A DNA stretch of 64,000 nt from Bdellovibrionota bacterium (lineage in GTDB: Bacteria; Bdellovibrionota_C; UBA2361; JBIKUX01). The stretch lies in contig JBIKUX010000013.1 of NCBI GenBank assembly GCA_044347345.1, positions 1 through 64,000 of the forward strand, written 5' to 3'. How positions within the stretch are numbered: position 1 is the stretch's first letter; every line of letters starts with the position of its first letter. The position numbers and the translations under genes were made by a program. Positions 9,751 to 21,109 of this stretch are shown in pieces. The notes under the pieces were generated by a model that did not search any database, was not told where the DNA came from, and was given only the letters and a program-made list of their open reading frames with translations.

Positions 9751-12309
9751 ATGGTAGAAAGTGATGCAGAGTTGTCTAGCCTTCACGGTGAACTAAGTCA
9801 GCTACGAACAGAAAACGAGAGACTAAAAGCACAGTTAAACAGTATAATCAGCTCGAGGTCTTGGCGAATTACTAATTTTCCGCGACGAGTGGCTGAGTTT
9901 TTGCGCAATGTTTTTCCTCTTTGGTGCATACGCTCACACCCTCTTATTCCAGAAGCCGACAAGCATATCATTGGTACCAAAGACGGCATCTTTACGCCCG
10001 TAGGAACTGAACCAATAATCCAACTCCCTTTGTCGGGCAGTCCTTTAAAAGCACAGTGGATTAGATTTCGAGTGGAATTTAAAGCGCAAGAGAAGCAGAG
10101 TACTTTTCTTCTTTATCACAGAACAGGTGAGGGGTTTTCACCGATTAACCGAAATTGGCTAATACTTGCCAGTGGGGGAGAAGATTTCAGTGGTAATAAA
10201 GTCGGTAGTGCAGTAAAGAGTGGGGGAAATAATGACATTTTGTTAAGAGTTCCTCGCGGAGTAGTCGGTTTTAGGTTAGATCCATTTTCACTAAAAGATT
10301 CCTTTCAGATCAAAAATATCCGAGTTTCACCGCTTGGTAGTGTTCAGCTTATTTGGTACTTGGTTCGAACTCGTTTGCTACCAGAGTTGCGAACTCCTTT
10401 AAAGTTTGTATTGAAGTGTCGAAAAGCCCTGGCAATTCTTAAGAAAAGTGGGGTGAGAGGTCTGCTCGGACGCTTTTATTCTGATAATAGATTTCATGAT
10501 TATCCAGATTGGGTTAGGCGCTATGATACCTTAGATGAGGCATCCACCAAGCTATTGCGCCAAGCTGGTAACGCACTGCCTTATCAGCCTAAGTTTTCGG
10601 TGATAATGCCCACTTATAACACACCTCTTTGGGCGCTATCCGCTGCGATTGAATCCGTAAAGAATCAAACCTATCCGAATTGGGAATTATGTATAGCCGA
10701 TGACGCTTCAACAGACCCAAGAGTAAAAACTCTTCTCGCCGAACATCAGGCAGAAGATGCTCGGATTAGAGTTTGTTTTCGCTCAACTAACGGTCATATT
10801 TCAGTTGCGTCAAATGATGCCTTATCTTTGGCTCAAAATGAATTTGTAGGATTTCTTGATCATGATGATCTTCTCGCTCCTTATGCTCTTTTTTGCGTAG
10901 CTGAGGCTCTTAATCGTAACCCTGACTTAGATTTTATCTATTCTGATGAAGATAAGATTGATGAAGCAGGAAACAGACTAAATCCCTATTTCAAGCCGGA
11001 TTGGAGTCCTGAGTTATATCTTTCTCAGAATTATACCACGCATTTCTCAGTTTACAGGCGCGCTCTCATAAAAAAGGTTGGAGGTTTTAGGGCTAAGGTA
11101 AATGGTGCTCAAGATTGGGATCTGACGTGGCGCGTTATTGAGCAAACTTCTGCCGATAAAATCCATCATATTCCTAGAATACTTTACCATTGGAGATTAT
11201 TACCTTCTTCAACTGCTCAAAGTACTTCTGCAAAGCCTTACGTTTTGGCAGCTCAAAAGCAAACTATTGTAGATCATCTTAAGCGCACCAACGTACAAGG
11301 CACTGTAGATATTTTGTCTGATTTGTCCAATGTATGCGTCAAATTCGCGCTTCCTGACTCAGCTCCTCAGGTGTCGATTATTATTCCAACTAAAGATCAA
11401 GCTAGGTTACTTGAGCAGTGTATACGGTCTATTTACGAGAAAACTTCTTATAAAAATTTTGATATAACTATTGTAGATAATTGCAGTAGTGAGAGTGAAA
11501 CTTTTGATCTTTTCAAGAAATTAAAGCGCAATTACCAAAACATAAAAATTCTTCCTTATGACCAGCAGTTTAACTTTTCACGCATTAACAACATAGCTGT
11601 AGAGAGCACTTCAGGATCTTTGGTAGCTTTTCTCAATAATGACATCGAGGTTATTAAAGAGTGCTGGTTAGCGGAAATGGTTAAGTATGCAGTTCAGCCA
11701 GAAATTGGCATTGTTGGGGCGAGGCTTTTATACCCTAATCAAACGCTTCAGCATGGAGGGGTCATCCTAGGCATAGGAGGAGTAGCAGGACATAGCCACA
11801 AAGGTAGGCCGCGGCACGATGTAGGTTATTTTAACAGGTTAGTTTTGCCAATAAATGTCTCAGCTACGACAGCAGCCTGTATGGTCATGAGGCGAGTAGT
11901 CTTTAAGGAAGCCGGCGGTTTTAACGAAAAAGATCTAGTTATAGCTTTTAACGACGTAGACCTTTGTCTCAAGGTTGGTCAACTAGGGTATAGAATTGTT
12001 GTTACTCCTCATGCAGAGCTGTATCATCATGAGTCTATAAGTCGTGGATATGAAGACAGCCCCGAGAAGGTGGCGCGCTTTGAACGAGAAAAAGAGTACA
12101 TGTTGCAAACATGGGGTAAAGAACTTGACTCTGACCCATTTTACAATCCTAATCTTTCAGGGATAACTGAAGATTATGCATTTTCTTTTCCTCCTCGTCA
12201 GCAATCTTTACAGGAATTGTGTAAATCAGTTTTATGCGGTTATCAATTATCATCCCATGTTACAACGAGCGAAATTCCATCCAATCAATCATCTCAGCTG
12301 TCAAGCTAA
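9751..12309 (+). CDS. Glycosyltransferase family 2 with two GT2 domains (O-antigen/glycan biosynthesis type)
   Basis: FSVIMPTYN...ADDAS...FLDHDD and VSIIIPTKD...VDN...FLNND...NDVDLCL; N-terminal coiled coil followed by S.SWRIT. Confidence 0.93.
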   Translation: MVESDAELSSLHGELSQLRTENERLKAQLNSIISSRSWRITNFPRRVAEFLRNVFPLWCIRSHPLIPEADKHIIGTKDGIFTPVGTEPIIQLPLSGSPLKAQWIRFRVEFKAQEKQSTFLLYHRTGEGFSPINRNWLILASGGEDFSGNKVGSAVKSGGNNDILLRVPRGVVGFRLDPFSLKDSFQIKNIRVSPLGSVQLIWYLVRTRLLPELRTPLKFVLKCRKALAILKKSGVRGLLGRFYSDNRFHDYPDWVRRYDTLDEASTKLLRQAGNALPYQPKFSVIMPTYNTPLWALSAAIESVKNQTYPNWELCIADDASTDPRVKTLLAEHQAEDARIRVCFRSTNGHISVASNDALSLAQNEFVGFLDHDDLLAPYALFCVAEALNRNPDLDFIYSDEDKIDEAGNRLNPYFKPDWSPELYLSQNYTTHFSVYRRALIKKVGGFRAKVNGAQDWDLTWRVIEQTSADKIHHIPRILYHWRLLPSSTAQSTSAKPYVLAAQKQTIVDHLKRTNVQGTVDILSDLSNVCVKFALPDSAPQVSIIIPTKDQARLLEQCIRSIYEKTSYKNFDITIVDNCSSESETFDLFKKLKRNYQNIKILPYDQQFNFSRINNIAVESTSGSLVAFLNNDIEVIKECWLAEMVKYAVQPEIGIVGARLLYPNQTLQHGGVILGIGGVAGHSHKGRPRHDVGYFNRLVLPINVSATTAACMVMRRVVFKEAGGFNEKDLVIAFNDVDLCLKVGQLGYRIVVTPHAELYHHESISRGYEDSPEKVARFEREKEYMLQTWGKELDSDPFYNPNLSGITEDYAFSFPPRQQSLQELCKSVLCGYQLSSHVTTSEIPSNQSSQLSS

Positions 12310-12956
12310 GCTCGCTTGAGAGTCTCGGGGTAGAGCGAGAAATCATCGTTGTTGATGACTGCTCCACTGATGGTACTACTGAACTATTAAAGGGGCAGCT
12401 TGGGTCTGAGATTGACCAAGTCATATTCCACGAACGCAATCAAGGTAAAGGTGCAGCGTTGCGTACGGGATTTAAGGCGGCTACCGGCGATATTGTAGTG
12501 GTACAAGATGCAGATCTTGAATATGATCCTTCAGAGTATCATCTGTTATTACAGCCGATTTTAGATAATAAAGCTGACGTGGTATTTGGATCCAGATTTA
12601 TGGGAGGTGGTCCACATAGAGTCGTCTACTTTTGGCATATGGTTGGTAATCGTTTTCTGACCCTTCTTTCTAATATGTGTACTAATCTCAACCTCACTGA
12701 CATGGAGACATGTTATAAGATGTTTCGAAGAGAAGTGATCCAGTCCATTACACTTGTTGAAGATAGATTTGGATTTGAACCGGAGATAACTGCTAAAGTG
12801 GCAAAGATCCCAGATATTAGAATTTACGAAGTAGGAATCTCTTATTATGGCCGGACTTATGCGGAAGGGAAAAAAATCGGTTGGCGCGATGGATTCCGCG
12901 CGATATACGCTATCTTGCGGTATAATATATTCTCGAATGGTATTAGGTTCTTTTAA
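12234..12956 (+). CDS. Polyprenol-phosphate glycosyltransferase, GT2 DPM1-like
   Basis: [54 protein letters not shown]. Confidence 0.93.
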   Translation: MRLSIIIPCYNERNSIQSIISAVKLSSLESLGVEREIIVVDDCSTDGTTELLKGQLGSEIDQVIFHERNQGKGAALRTGFKAATGDIVVVQDADLEYDPSEYHLLLQPILDNKADVVFGSRFMGGGPHRVVYFWHMVGNRFLTLLSNMCTNLNLTDMETCYKMFRREVIQSITLVEDRFGFEPEITAKVAKIPDIRIYEVGISYYGRTYAEGKKIGWRDGFRAIYAILRYNIFSNGIRFF

Positions 12957-13929
12957 GGTAAGTAGTTCAAAATTTCTTGGATTTGTTGGTACCTTTCTTG
13001 TTTGCGGAATACTAGCATGTGCTTTTCCTCCTTCGCCTGGTCAAATGGGGCGCTCATTTTCGCCGGATTTTTTGCACCATGATTCGCTCGCTATCGCAAC
13101 TACGCTTGACTTCGGTTTATCTGAATTTATGTCAGGACGGATGGAACGGTCTGAAATAGCGATTGAGCAGGCTTTTTTTGCGACTCCGCAAAATCACCGC
13201 ACGTCTTTAGCTCATAGTTTAGCTGTTGTATATGCGAGGCGTGGAGCATTTGATGAATCACTTGCTATCTACCGTAATCTCAGGGCTGAGCTACCTGAGT
13301 CTATCTCGCTTATGTTTGAGGAAGCTAATGTGCTCATTTCAGCTGGTCGTTATGATGAGGGTTTTTTGTTGTATGACAACATGTTAGTAGAATCTTTAAA
13401 TCGTAAAGATTTTGGATTAGCAGTAACTGTAGCGAGACTTCAGGCGGCTTCTTACTTTCATGTTGGTCGATTTACTGAAGCTAGATGCGCGTCATCCCTG
13501 GCGCACAATTTGCAAATTCAGCAGAATGCTCAAGGTGGTGTGGAAGATCTTATAATTCATGCACGACTATTGGTAGCTGTTGGAGCCTATGATGAAGCTC
13601 TTCGTACTATTAGTGCAATGTTCTCACCTCCTCAGTATGGCACAAATCCACAGCTCCTTCATTTAGCTTCATTAGCATTTTTTGGAAAAGGGGATTTTTT
13701 GGCGGCAGTTGAACTTGGCAGCCGCGCCTTGCAGATTGGATATAATGATAATCTTCAACAAGGGGCGATGAATTTAATACTTTTGAAATTTGCTCCGGGA
13801 TCTGAAATAACCTCTAAGATTGAAGATGATGAAAAACAGCGACTTATAAGAGACATACTACCTAAATTACTGGAAGAACCTATTCCTATAGAGGTAATTG
13901 AAGCTTTACGTGAACTTACAAAAACATAA
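12937..13929 (+). CDS. TPR-repeat membrane/lipoprotein
   Basis: N-terminal hydrophobic segment ending LAC, then repeated helical A..G.ydea patterns. ORF open from 12847. Confidence 0.65.
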   Translation: MVLGSFKVSSSKFLGFVGTFLVCGILACAFPPSPGQMGRSFSPDFLHHDSLAIATTLDFGLSEFMSGRMERSEIAIEQAFFATPQNHRTSLAHSLAVVYARRGAFDESLAIYRNLRAELPESISLMFEEANVLISAGRYDEGFLLYDNMLVESLNRKDFGLAVTVARLQAASYFHVGRFTEARCASSLAHNLQIQQNAQGGVEDLIIHARLLVAVGAYDEALRTISAMFSPPQYGTNPQLLHLASLAFFGKGDFLAAVELGSRALQIGYNDNLQQGAMNLILLKFAPGSEITSKIEDDEKQRLIRDILPKLLEEPIPIEVIEALRELTKT

Positions 13930-13951
13930 TTAGAAATTTTTTATAAACGAA

Positions 13952-15625
13952 ATGGCCCATAAGGTTTTTGGCAATATAAAAGGACTACCTCCACTAGCAC
14001 TACGAAAGCTAAATAAATTATTTAGTCGTTCAGTTGATTCAAGTGATTTAGTAACTCGTGAACTTGCTACCGAACTTATAAGTATAGCCACAGATTTAAA
14101 TCGTCGCGTAGGGATACTAGTGTCACGTGAGGGGCAAGTAGAGGAGGTGATGGTTGGTACTTACGATCTTTTGTATCTACCAGATTTAGGGCGCTATCGT
14201 CTTGGACCAGGGCGTTTGCGTCGTCTACGTCTTTTGTTCACTGATATTGGTCGCCATACCGATTCACCTCAAATTCCTTCAGATATTATTGCTGACCTTG
14301 AGAAACTCAGATTAGACATGGTAGTAAGTTTACGTAGTGACGACTCGCGACTACGAATTCCTTTATCATACGGTTATTTAGTACCGCCAACGGTTGAGCA
14401 GCAGATTTATGCATCACGTATCGAGTCAGTACGAGATTTAAGTCAGATATCTTTTAACTTTAGCCAATATATGGCTGACCTTGAAGGAGAACTAACTTCG
14501 TACGATTTACGATTCACCCGAACAGGCCGGACTCGTGCTATGCTTGTAGCAGTAGGTACTAAATCTGAAGCCTTAATGCGTAATTCTCTGAGTGAGCTAC
14601 GCGAGCTTGCTGATACAGCCGGTGTTGAGGTTTTTGATGAAATTTTGCAACGTCGTTTACCTGATCCGAAATATGTTTTGGGGAAGGGGAAATTAGAAGA
14701 GGTGATACTACGATGTCTTCGTTATAGTATTGATATATTGATTTTTGACTCTGAACTGCGCCCCGCTCAATGGCGGTCAATTACAAATGCCACCGAGTTA
14801 AAAGTGCTAGATCGCTCAATGGTAATACTTGATATATTTGCGCAGAGAGCTAAAAGTAGTGAAGGTAGATTGCAAGTAGAGCTCGCTCAATTAAAATATA
14901 ATTTACCGAGACTGACGGAAAGAGATTCAGGACTTTCTAGATTAACTGGGGGCATAGGAGGTAGAGGTCCGGGAGAGACTAAGTTAGAAATCTCTCGTCG
15001 TCGCACCAGAGACCGCATTACAGACCTTGAACGGCGCTTGAAAACTGTGCAAAAGCAGCGAGGAATCAGGCGTAATCGGAGGCAAGAGGCTTCGGTGCCT
15101 TTAGTTGCCATTGTCGGTTATACTAATGCGGGCAAATCAACACTTTTCAATTTACTTACAAACGCTGGAGTTTTAGCAGAGGATCGTCTATTTGCTACTC
15201 TAGATCCTTTTCAGCGTCGTACTAGTATTGAAGATGAGACTGGAACAAGAATTTCTATTGTTTTAAGTGATACGGTTGGATTTATCAGAGATCTTCCAAA
15301 AGAGCTTCTTTCAGCTTTTCGTGCTACTTTAGAGGAACTTTATGAAGCTACTTTATTACTTCATGTGGTGGATATAAGCGACCCACTTCACGATTCTAAA
15401 CGTCAGTCTGTTGAGAAGATTTTAACTAACATGGAATTAAATAATATCCCTACTATTTTGGTAGGAAATAAAATCGATTTACTGAAGGAAGTTAGTGAAT
15501 CGCATGATATTATAGATGATACCTATGACGTTGTAGTATCTGCTGTAACAAGCGCAGGTATTTGTAAGATGAGAAAGATTATAGCTAAAGCTTTAACTAC
15601 ATCACAATTGAGTGCGTGCTTATAA
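13952..15625 (+). CDS. hflX: GTPase HflX, long form
   Basis: ILDIFAQRA..EGRLQVELAQL.Y.LPRL, GRGPGETKLE, GYTNAGKST, LFATLD, DTVGF, NKID. Confidence 0.97.
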   Translation: MAHKVFGNIKGLPPLALRKLNKLFSRSVDSSDLVTRELATELISIATDLNRRVGILVSREGQVEEVMVGTYDLLYLPDLGRYRLGPGRLRRLRLLFTDIGRHTDSPQIPSDIIADLEKLRLDMVVSLRSDDSRLRIPLSYGYLVPPTVEQQIYASRIESVRDLSQISFNFSQYMADLEGELTSYDLRFTRTGRTRAMLVAVGTKSEALMRNSLSELRELADTAGVEVFDEILQRRLPDPKYVLGKGKLEEVILRCLRYSIDILIFDSELRPAQWRSITNATELKVLDRSMVILDIFAQRAKSSEGRLQVELAQLKYNLPRLTERDSGLSRLTGGIGGRGPGETKLEISRRRTRDRITDLERRLKTVQKQRGIRRNRRQEASVPLVAIVGYTNAGKSTLFNLLTNAGVLAEDRLFATLDPFQRRTSIEDETGTRISIVLSDTVGFIRDLPKELLSAFRATLEELYEATLLLHVVDISDPLHDSKRQSVEKILTNMELNNIPTILVGNKIDLLKEVSESHDIIDDTYDVVVSAVTSAGICKMRKIIAKALTTSQLSACL

Positions 15626-15778
15626 GATATTAGTTACTACATCAAAAAATACGTATTTTCTCTTGGAGCAAAAGATTGCTTGCTCAGAGAAATCAGGGAT
15701 TTGTAATCAGAGTTAACTTAGCCAACAAAAAATTATCTGTCGAGCACAATCAAACTCTTTGTAGCGCCGACTAAAGAA

Positions 15779-17640
15779 TTACAGAGCCCCTACCACCCCA
15801 TCATCACCCACTTTCACGACTCGATGAGCTAAGGCTAGTTCGTCGGGGCGATGAGTTATTAGGACGACGGTTCGACTTCGATCCTGAAGCTTCTGTTTTA
15901 GCGCGTGGAGAATTTTATAGCATGTATTATCATCGATTCCGGTTAGTGGCTCATCCAAAAGCAGAATATCTGCTGTACTGAGCAGGGCTCGGGCAAGGCG
16001 CAAGCGTTGTTCTTGGCCTGATGAAAATGCGAGTGAGCCATCGTTTATTATAGCATCAAGCGATGGACAAAAAGAGGTTGCTTCAACTATAGCTAAGGTA
16101 TCTAGAATCTCTTGGTCAGATATGGACCCCCGACCTAGGACTAGATTCTCGCGCACGGTAGCCTTAAATAGCGGATCATTTGGCGTTATCATTATTGAGG
16201 TTAGGGGGCTTTTGTAACCCGAAGGGAATTCTTCGCCATCGACTAAATAGGAGCCCGCAAATGGCGAAAATCTGCCAAGCACTTCCATAAATGAGGTCTT
16301 ACCAACACCACTCTTTCCTGTAATAGCAACTATTTCACCTCGCTTAAGAGTAAACGCTGGAATTCGGATCTGTGTTTTACCGCTTTCTTCTTTTAATCGT
16401 TGTCCGTAGTGCTGACTACAAGTATGGGCTTCGTTGGTATTAAGGATAGTTGTAGCAGATTCACCCCCTTGTTGAGAGTTTGTGAAGTCATTTGTGCCTT
16501 CATTGTTAGGGCTTAGCCCCTTACCTGTATATACTATTAGGACGTCACGTAGTTGGCACTCTTGCCATATTTTTGAATCTTGAGTTTCGGGGATATCGCA
16601 TGTTTCAGCGCTATTTATCTCAAAGCTATTACTGAGTGCTATGGCCTCTCGATTTAGATGGAGAGTGGTAAATTGCTCACGCAGCAGCTTGGCGTCTTCA
16701 CGGCCGTTAATGAAGCTGACGTAACCTTCAATTATGTAGACTAGGACAGAAAAGAGCTGATCAAAAGACCATTTTAGGAGAACTAGAAATCCGACCTCTA
16801 GTTCTTTACTAGCTACCTGATAGGCACCGTAGCCAATAGTACCAATAGTCATAATATTAAAAAGGGAAAGTTGCAGAAGCCATCGCCAGGCATGAAACCT
16901 CTTTAGGGCATCAAGGTTTTGCCAAGATTCTTGATACCGCGAGCTCATAGTCTCAGTATAATATATTTGAGCAAGAAAGCGTTTTATAAACGGCGATCCC
17001 AGAACAAATGAGGTTTGTCGTTCTACCGACTCCAATCGCGAGGCTGTCTGCTTTGCAACGAATGGTGCAATCTGAGAAGAAATACGTAAAGCAACGCTCA
17101 GGAAGGTTGCTACGAAGGCGAGATTAAGCACTAATACAATCGGACTTTGAAAAAAAGTACGACTATCACCGCGACTGCTGAGAATGTCTGGGTTATTAGT
17201 ATCCAGCACCATGCATTCCCGAAGCTTTCAACATACGCCGTATAGGTTTGGAGTGAGGAGTGTAGGCGTTCACGGGATAGTGATCTAAGTTGTGATAACG
17301 GCGCTTGTAGTGCAAGCAAGGTGAGTCGCTGTCGAGTTTTATCTGCCACCTTTTGCCCTAAAGTTTCGCCAAACCGCCGGGTAAGATAATCAAGGCCTTC
17401 AGATAGAAAGACGCATAATGCCCAAAGGGGCATATAGTAATAGAGAACATCATTTACTGTTAGGCTGACAATGGTCGAAATCAGCTCTCCCAATAATATA
17501 ACAGTATAGAATCGCAGCGCTTTGCTCACCAAACCTGTGAACGTTAGAGCAATAAATTTATAGCGTAGCCTTCCAAGATTACGCAGGAAGGCAATTGGGG
17601 GAAAGTCGGGAATTAGATACCTTAGGTTGATTGGTGCCAT
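15779..17640 (-). pseudogene. ABC transporter (TM domain + NBD) split by a 1-nt frameshift at a T7 run
   Basis: ORF 17131..17640 (TM helices) and ORF 15779..17212 (TM, Walker A GKSGVGKT, FSSGQ signature, LLLDEP, ITH) join across 17150-17156 into a protein of about 620 aa. Confidence 0.8.
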
Positions 17641-17861
17641 TTTCTTTCTTTGTGGTGACTTTGCCTCAGTAATTGATGATCGTATATCGGTTTTAGATCG
17701 GTAAGTTTGTAGTCACAAGTCATGATAAGATTACTCTTTTGTTAAGCACTTTAGTGAAACGACTTAATATTTTCTATCTATTTATATAGGTAAAAACCGG
17801 GTAAATATCTTTGATATATATAAGATGTGCTGAAAAATCGTGATCAGTTATTGAAGACAGG

Positions 17862-17906
17862 GCTACTGGCAACAGAGCTACTCGCAACAGAGCTATTGAC
17901 AATAGC
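17862..17906 (+). repeat. Three imperfect 15-bp tandem repeats
   Basis: gctactggcaacaga / gctactcgcaacaga / gctattgacaatagc. Confidence 0.65.
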
Positions 17907-17971
17907 GTAATATAAAAATATGAAGTTTGTACGTCTTTGTTGATACGATAATTTACGTAGTCTTAGCTACA

Positions 17972-19705
17972 TCATAATAGAGTGCGTGCTTGTAAACCGC
18001 AAGCCCATGCATCAAAAAATCCGTAATTACTGTTAGAGCAAAAAGAAGCATTCTGTTGTGTGATAGACATTAATTCTCTTAACCTAGCATAAAGCTCTCC
18101 TGAAGCGGAGTCATCGCCTTGTTTTTCCAGTTCAGCCGCCACCGTAGCCAAAAGGGGCGCATAATAGGGGAATATTTTTACTAGTGTAACTCCAATTGTT
18201 ATAAGATTGTGGTTATTTGCGAGATTTTGATTAAATAGTCGGGTGACTAATTCTCGATAAAATTGTTGATAATGGTGTGAATTGGTACTAAGGCAGTGCA
18301 CAACTATTCCCCACTGCTCTAATTGCAAAAATTTTGAGTGAGCTGTTGTCGCAGCAAGTAAGGAGAATCTTAAATCCTTCGGAAATCGTTTGCGACATTG
18401 GGCTAGGTACTCATTGGCTGTGAGTTTATCAAAGGAGAATAGATAATGCGCGCGAACTATTGCAAGATCAGGATCATCGGCTACAGTTCTATCATTTAAT
18501 ATATCTAGTGATGCTGCTTTTTCACCATTTTTCCAAAGATTTTCTGCTTTTTGTTTAGTAAAATAATTGGGAGAGATTGGATTGATTGTTCCACTTATCT
18601 CATAGTATCCCGGCTTATCTGGAATAAGTGGGTGACTATATTGTTTTTTAGTATGACAAATATTTGTTGTATAAAGTTTCACTCGCTCGTTGCGTAAATG
18701 GTGTATCCGCTCTTTAATTACATAGTTGTAGCATTTACTAAGATCATCTTGGTATTTATTCTGATCGCTAAGGTATAAATTTACAATTTCAAAAAGATCT
18801 CTACTAGTTTTCCAACTAGGGAGTGAGCATGACTCGATAAATTTCTTGTAGGGAACAAAATCTGGAAGTACAGGAAGAACTCCACGGGAGACCATTTCTA
18901 TAGGCTTAATATCACTTCTGCACTCGTTATAAGCAGTTGGAAGAAGTGGAGCGATACCTAAGGTTACGTCATCCCAAAAATCCAAATAATTGTGAATACT
19001 ACCCCATGAGGTGTAAACAACGCGTTCTTTAGGCAATCGGATGGAATCGGGAAGAGCTTCGTTTCCCATCAAATGTATGGCAAGGGTAGGATGGTGTTTT
19101 AATAAGAGTTCTTCAAGTGTGGGTATCACAGATAGTATGTCAGCTATGTGACCCATTGAGCCTGCCCATCCAAGCACTACCTTTTGCTCATGGAGTGATT
19201 TTCTGTGTAATAAGGTTTCTAGTGGTAGGGGTGTTTCGTATAGATGATTTTCCAGTATCGTAATAGGACTAGATGTCGATTTTTTGAAAAGCTCATGCAA
19301 ACTTTCTCCAGTCACGATCACTCCGTCTGATACGTGCATAAAATCTTCGTAAGCTTGCCAAAGAATTGGCGAGCTCCAAGGCTTTGCTACAGGACTCCAA
19401 CTAGGTGGCTCGTAAAAATTGTCGTTATATTCAACGAGGGTTTTTTTGCCCTTTGCTTTTCTAGCCCTTATAGAGGGTAGAATGCTGTAGTCACTTGAAT
19501 GAATGGCTACAAACAGATCAGCGGACTCAGCTAAAATATGCCGCTCAGACGCCCTGTAGTCTAAGTTAACCACTCGCAAGTGGGGCAGTGCGTCAGCTAG
19601 TGCCATGGCTGGCCATTTTACTCGGTGGTAGCAGTCTCCTGTTTCGTCTATTGCGACAAGTTGAATGATTAAAGGGAAAATTTTGTTTTTAGAGGATGTA
19701 GCCAC
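17972..19705 (-). CDS. Glycosyltransferase (GT-B/GT4-like) with C-terminal TPR-like helices
   Basis: GDCYHRVKWP, VEYNDNF, VLGWAGSMGH and LGIAPL..TAYNECRSDIKPIE motifs. Confidence 0.75.
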   Translation of the reverse strand: MATSSKNKIFPLIIQLVAIDETGDCYHRVKWPAMALADALPHLRVVNLDYRASERHILAESADLFVAIHSSDYSILPSIRARKAKGKKTLVEYNDNFYEPPSWSPVAKPWSSPILWQAYEDFMHVSDGVIVTGESLHELFKKSTSSPITILENHLYETPLPLETLLHRKSLHEQKVVLGWAGSMGHIADILSVIPTLEELLLKHHPTLAIHLMGNEALPDSIRLPKERVVYTSWGSIHNYLDFWDDVTLGIAPLLPTAYNECRSDIKPIEMVSRGVLPVLPDFVPYKKFIESCSLPSWKTSRDLFEIVNLYLSDQNKYQDDLSKCYNYVIKERIHHLRNERVKLYTTNICHTKKQYSHPLIPDKPGYYEISGTINPISPNYFTKQKAENLWKNGEKAASLDILNDRTVADDPDLAIVRAHYLFSFDKLTANEYLAQCRKRFPKDLRFSLLAATTAHSKFLQLEQWGIVVHCLSTNSHHYQQFYRELVTRLFNQNLANNHNLITIGVTLVKIFPYYAPLLATVAAELEKQGDDSASGELYARLRELMSITQQNASFCSNSNYGFFDAWACGLQARTLL

Positions 19706-19720
19706 TTATTAAAAATGACC

Positions 19721-19775
19721 ACTCTATCCCTTTCTTGCAAGATGAAATCTCCCTTGAGTGTCTTGGGGATAGAGT
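19721..19775. other. Intergenic stem-loop between the pilin-like gene and the glycosyltransferase
   Basis: actctatccc ... gggatagagt 10-bp inverted repeat, with inner caaga/tcttg pairing. Confidence 0.4.
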
Positions 19776-19806
19776 TTTAAAATGGAGTCAAAAGGCAACT
19801 GGCTTA

Positions 19807-20211
19807 CTATCTGCTTTGGAGGGTACTGTCATTAAACCATGTGCTTATTAGAGATCTGAGGATAAATGAACCGACAGCCACTACTAGTAAGCCAAGGGCT
19901 GCTCGGTACTGTCCGAAGGCTGATGCAAGAATTGCGGCTATTCCAGCGGAAACCATAATCAGGGCTCCAAATGTGCCGTTAATATACGTCAGTATAAGGT
20001 CAACTGATTCCGCTATACGGTCGTCGTTGTACCTGGCTTGCGGAGAGTAGGCTTGAGCTCCTTCAATTGTGCCTCCTGCTATAAGGATGAGTCCGGTTAG
20101 AAGGAATAAGCATTGTATTTGTCTGTTTGTTGGAGCATGAACTGAGGCACCAATAAAAGCCGTCAGGTGTCTGTAAGAGGATACAACTAACTCTTTACAT
20201 GTTCTCATCAC
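19807..20211 (-). CDS. TrbC/VirB2-like pilin family membrane protein
   Basis: Long signal ending AQA, then an amphipathic helix and two TM helices (GTFGALIMVSAGIAAILASAFG...ALGLLVVAVGSFIL), as in VirB2 pilins. Confidence 0.6.
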   Translation of the reverse strand: MMRTCKELVVSSYRHLTAFIGASVHAPTNRQIQCLFLLTGLILIAGGTIEGAQAYSPQARYNDDRIAESVDLILTYINGTFGALIMVSAGIAAILASAFGQYRAALGLLVVAVGSFILRSLISTWFNDSTLQSR

Positions 20212-20422
20212 TGTCTCCAGAAAAATTAGTTCAGTCTAACCATTTCGCTGATTAGGTAATCGAACGATGTTAGCTCTAACCTGAGGAAAAAATATAGTCC
20301 ACGTGGTATCCCACGAATTTGGTACAGTTTTTAAGTAGAACTTACAACTACTTCCTAATCTTTCACTCCGAAGAAGAATCTGAAACCTAGATAGTTTGGG
20401 ATTGGATGGATATGGATTCTCT

Positions 20423-20494
20423 CTGGTACACCCTAGAATAGAAAAACTAGCTATGTATCTGTAAGTATTACAAAATAATTCTAGGGTGTACCAG
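20423..20494. repeat. Perfect 17-bp inverted repeat with 38-bp spacer
   Basis: ctggtacaccctagaat (20423-20439) and attctagggtgtaccag (20478-20494). Confidence 0.85.
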
Positions 20495-20512
20495 GTTTTA
20501 GCCAGGTTTTAG

Positions 20513-20698
20513 CCAGTCGGGAAGTTAGCAGGACAGCTACGCCGAAAAGCCGCTACTGCGTTATGGACAAAGTTTGAATCCTTACCGGAAGAAGACCGCA
20601 AGGCGCGGTTGCTTGAACTCAGGGAGAGGAAGAAAAACGATAAGCCAAAAGCCAAGCGGCGAAAAACTAATTCCCGCCGGACGGCCAAAAGGGGGTAG
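20513..20698 (+). pseudogene. Start-less gene 3' remnant in a GC-richer patch next to tRNA-Asp
   Basis: Open frame PVGKLAGQLRRKAATALWTKFESLPEEDRKARLLELRERKK...TAKRG* with no ATG. Confidence 0.4.
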
Positions 20699-20893
20699 GC
20701 TTCTTGGATGACCGGAGTGTTTTGGATGACGAATGCAATTTGTCATCCAAAAATCATCCAGAGCGGCAAGAAAAGCCGAGATTCGATGAGAAGTGGTGAG
20801 AAGTTGCAAAAAGACCTAAGATGTTTCAAACACTTGCAAGTGCAAAAAAGACTTTGGGATTTGCGCCGATGGAGGGAATTGGCTAAGGAAATA

Positions 20894-20970
<77 letters not shown>

Positions 20971-21109
20971 TTAAAAAACTGACCGTTGTCTTACCGGATT
21001 CTTGAGAATAAGGCAAGAGCTCCACTGTTTGATTCACTTTGGTTACAAGTGGTACTCTCGCGCTATATTTTTTAGATCACAAAAAACCAAAAAAAGAGAG
21101 CGTGGTAAC

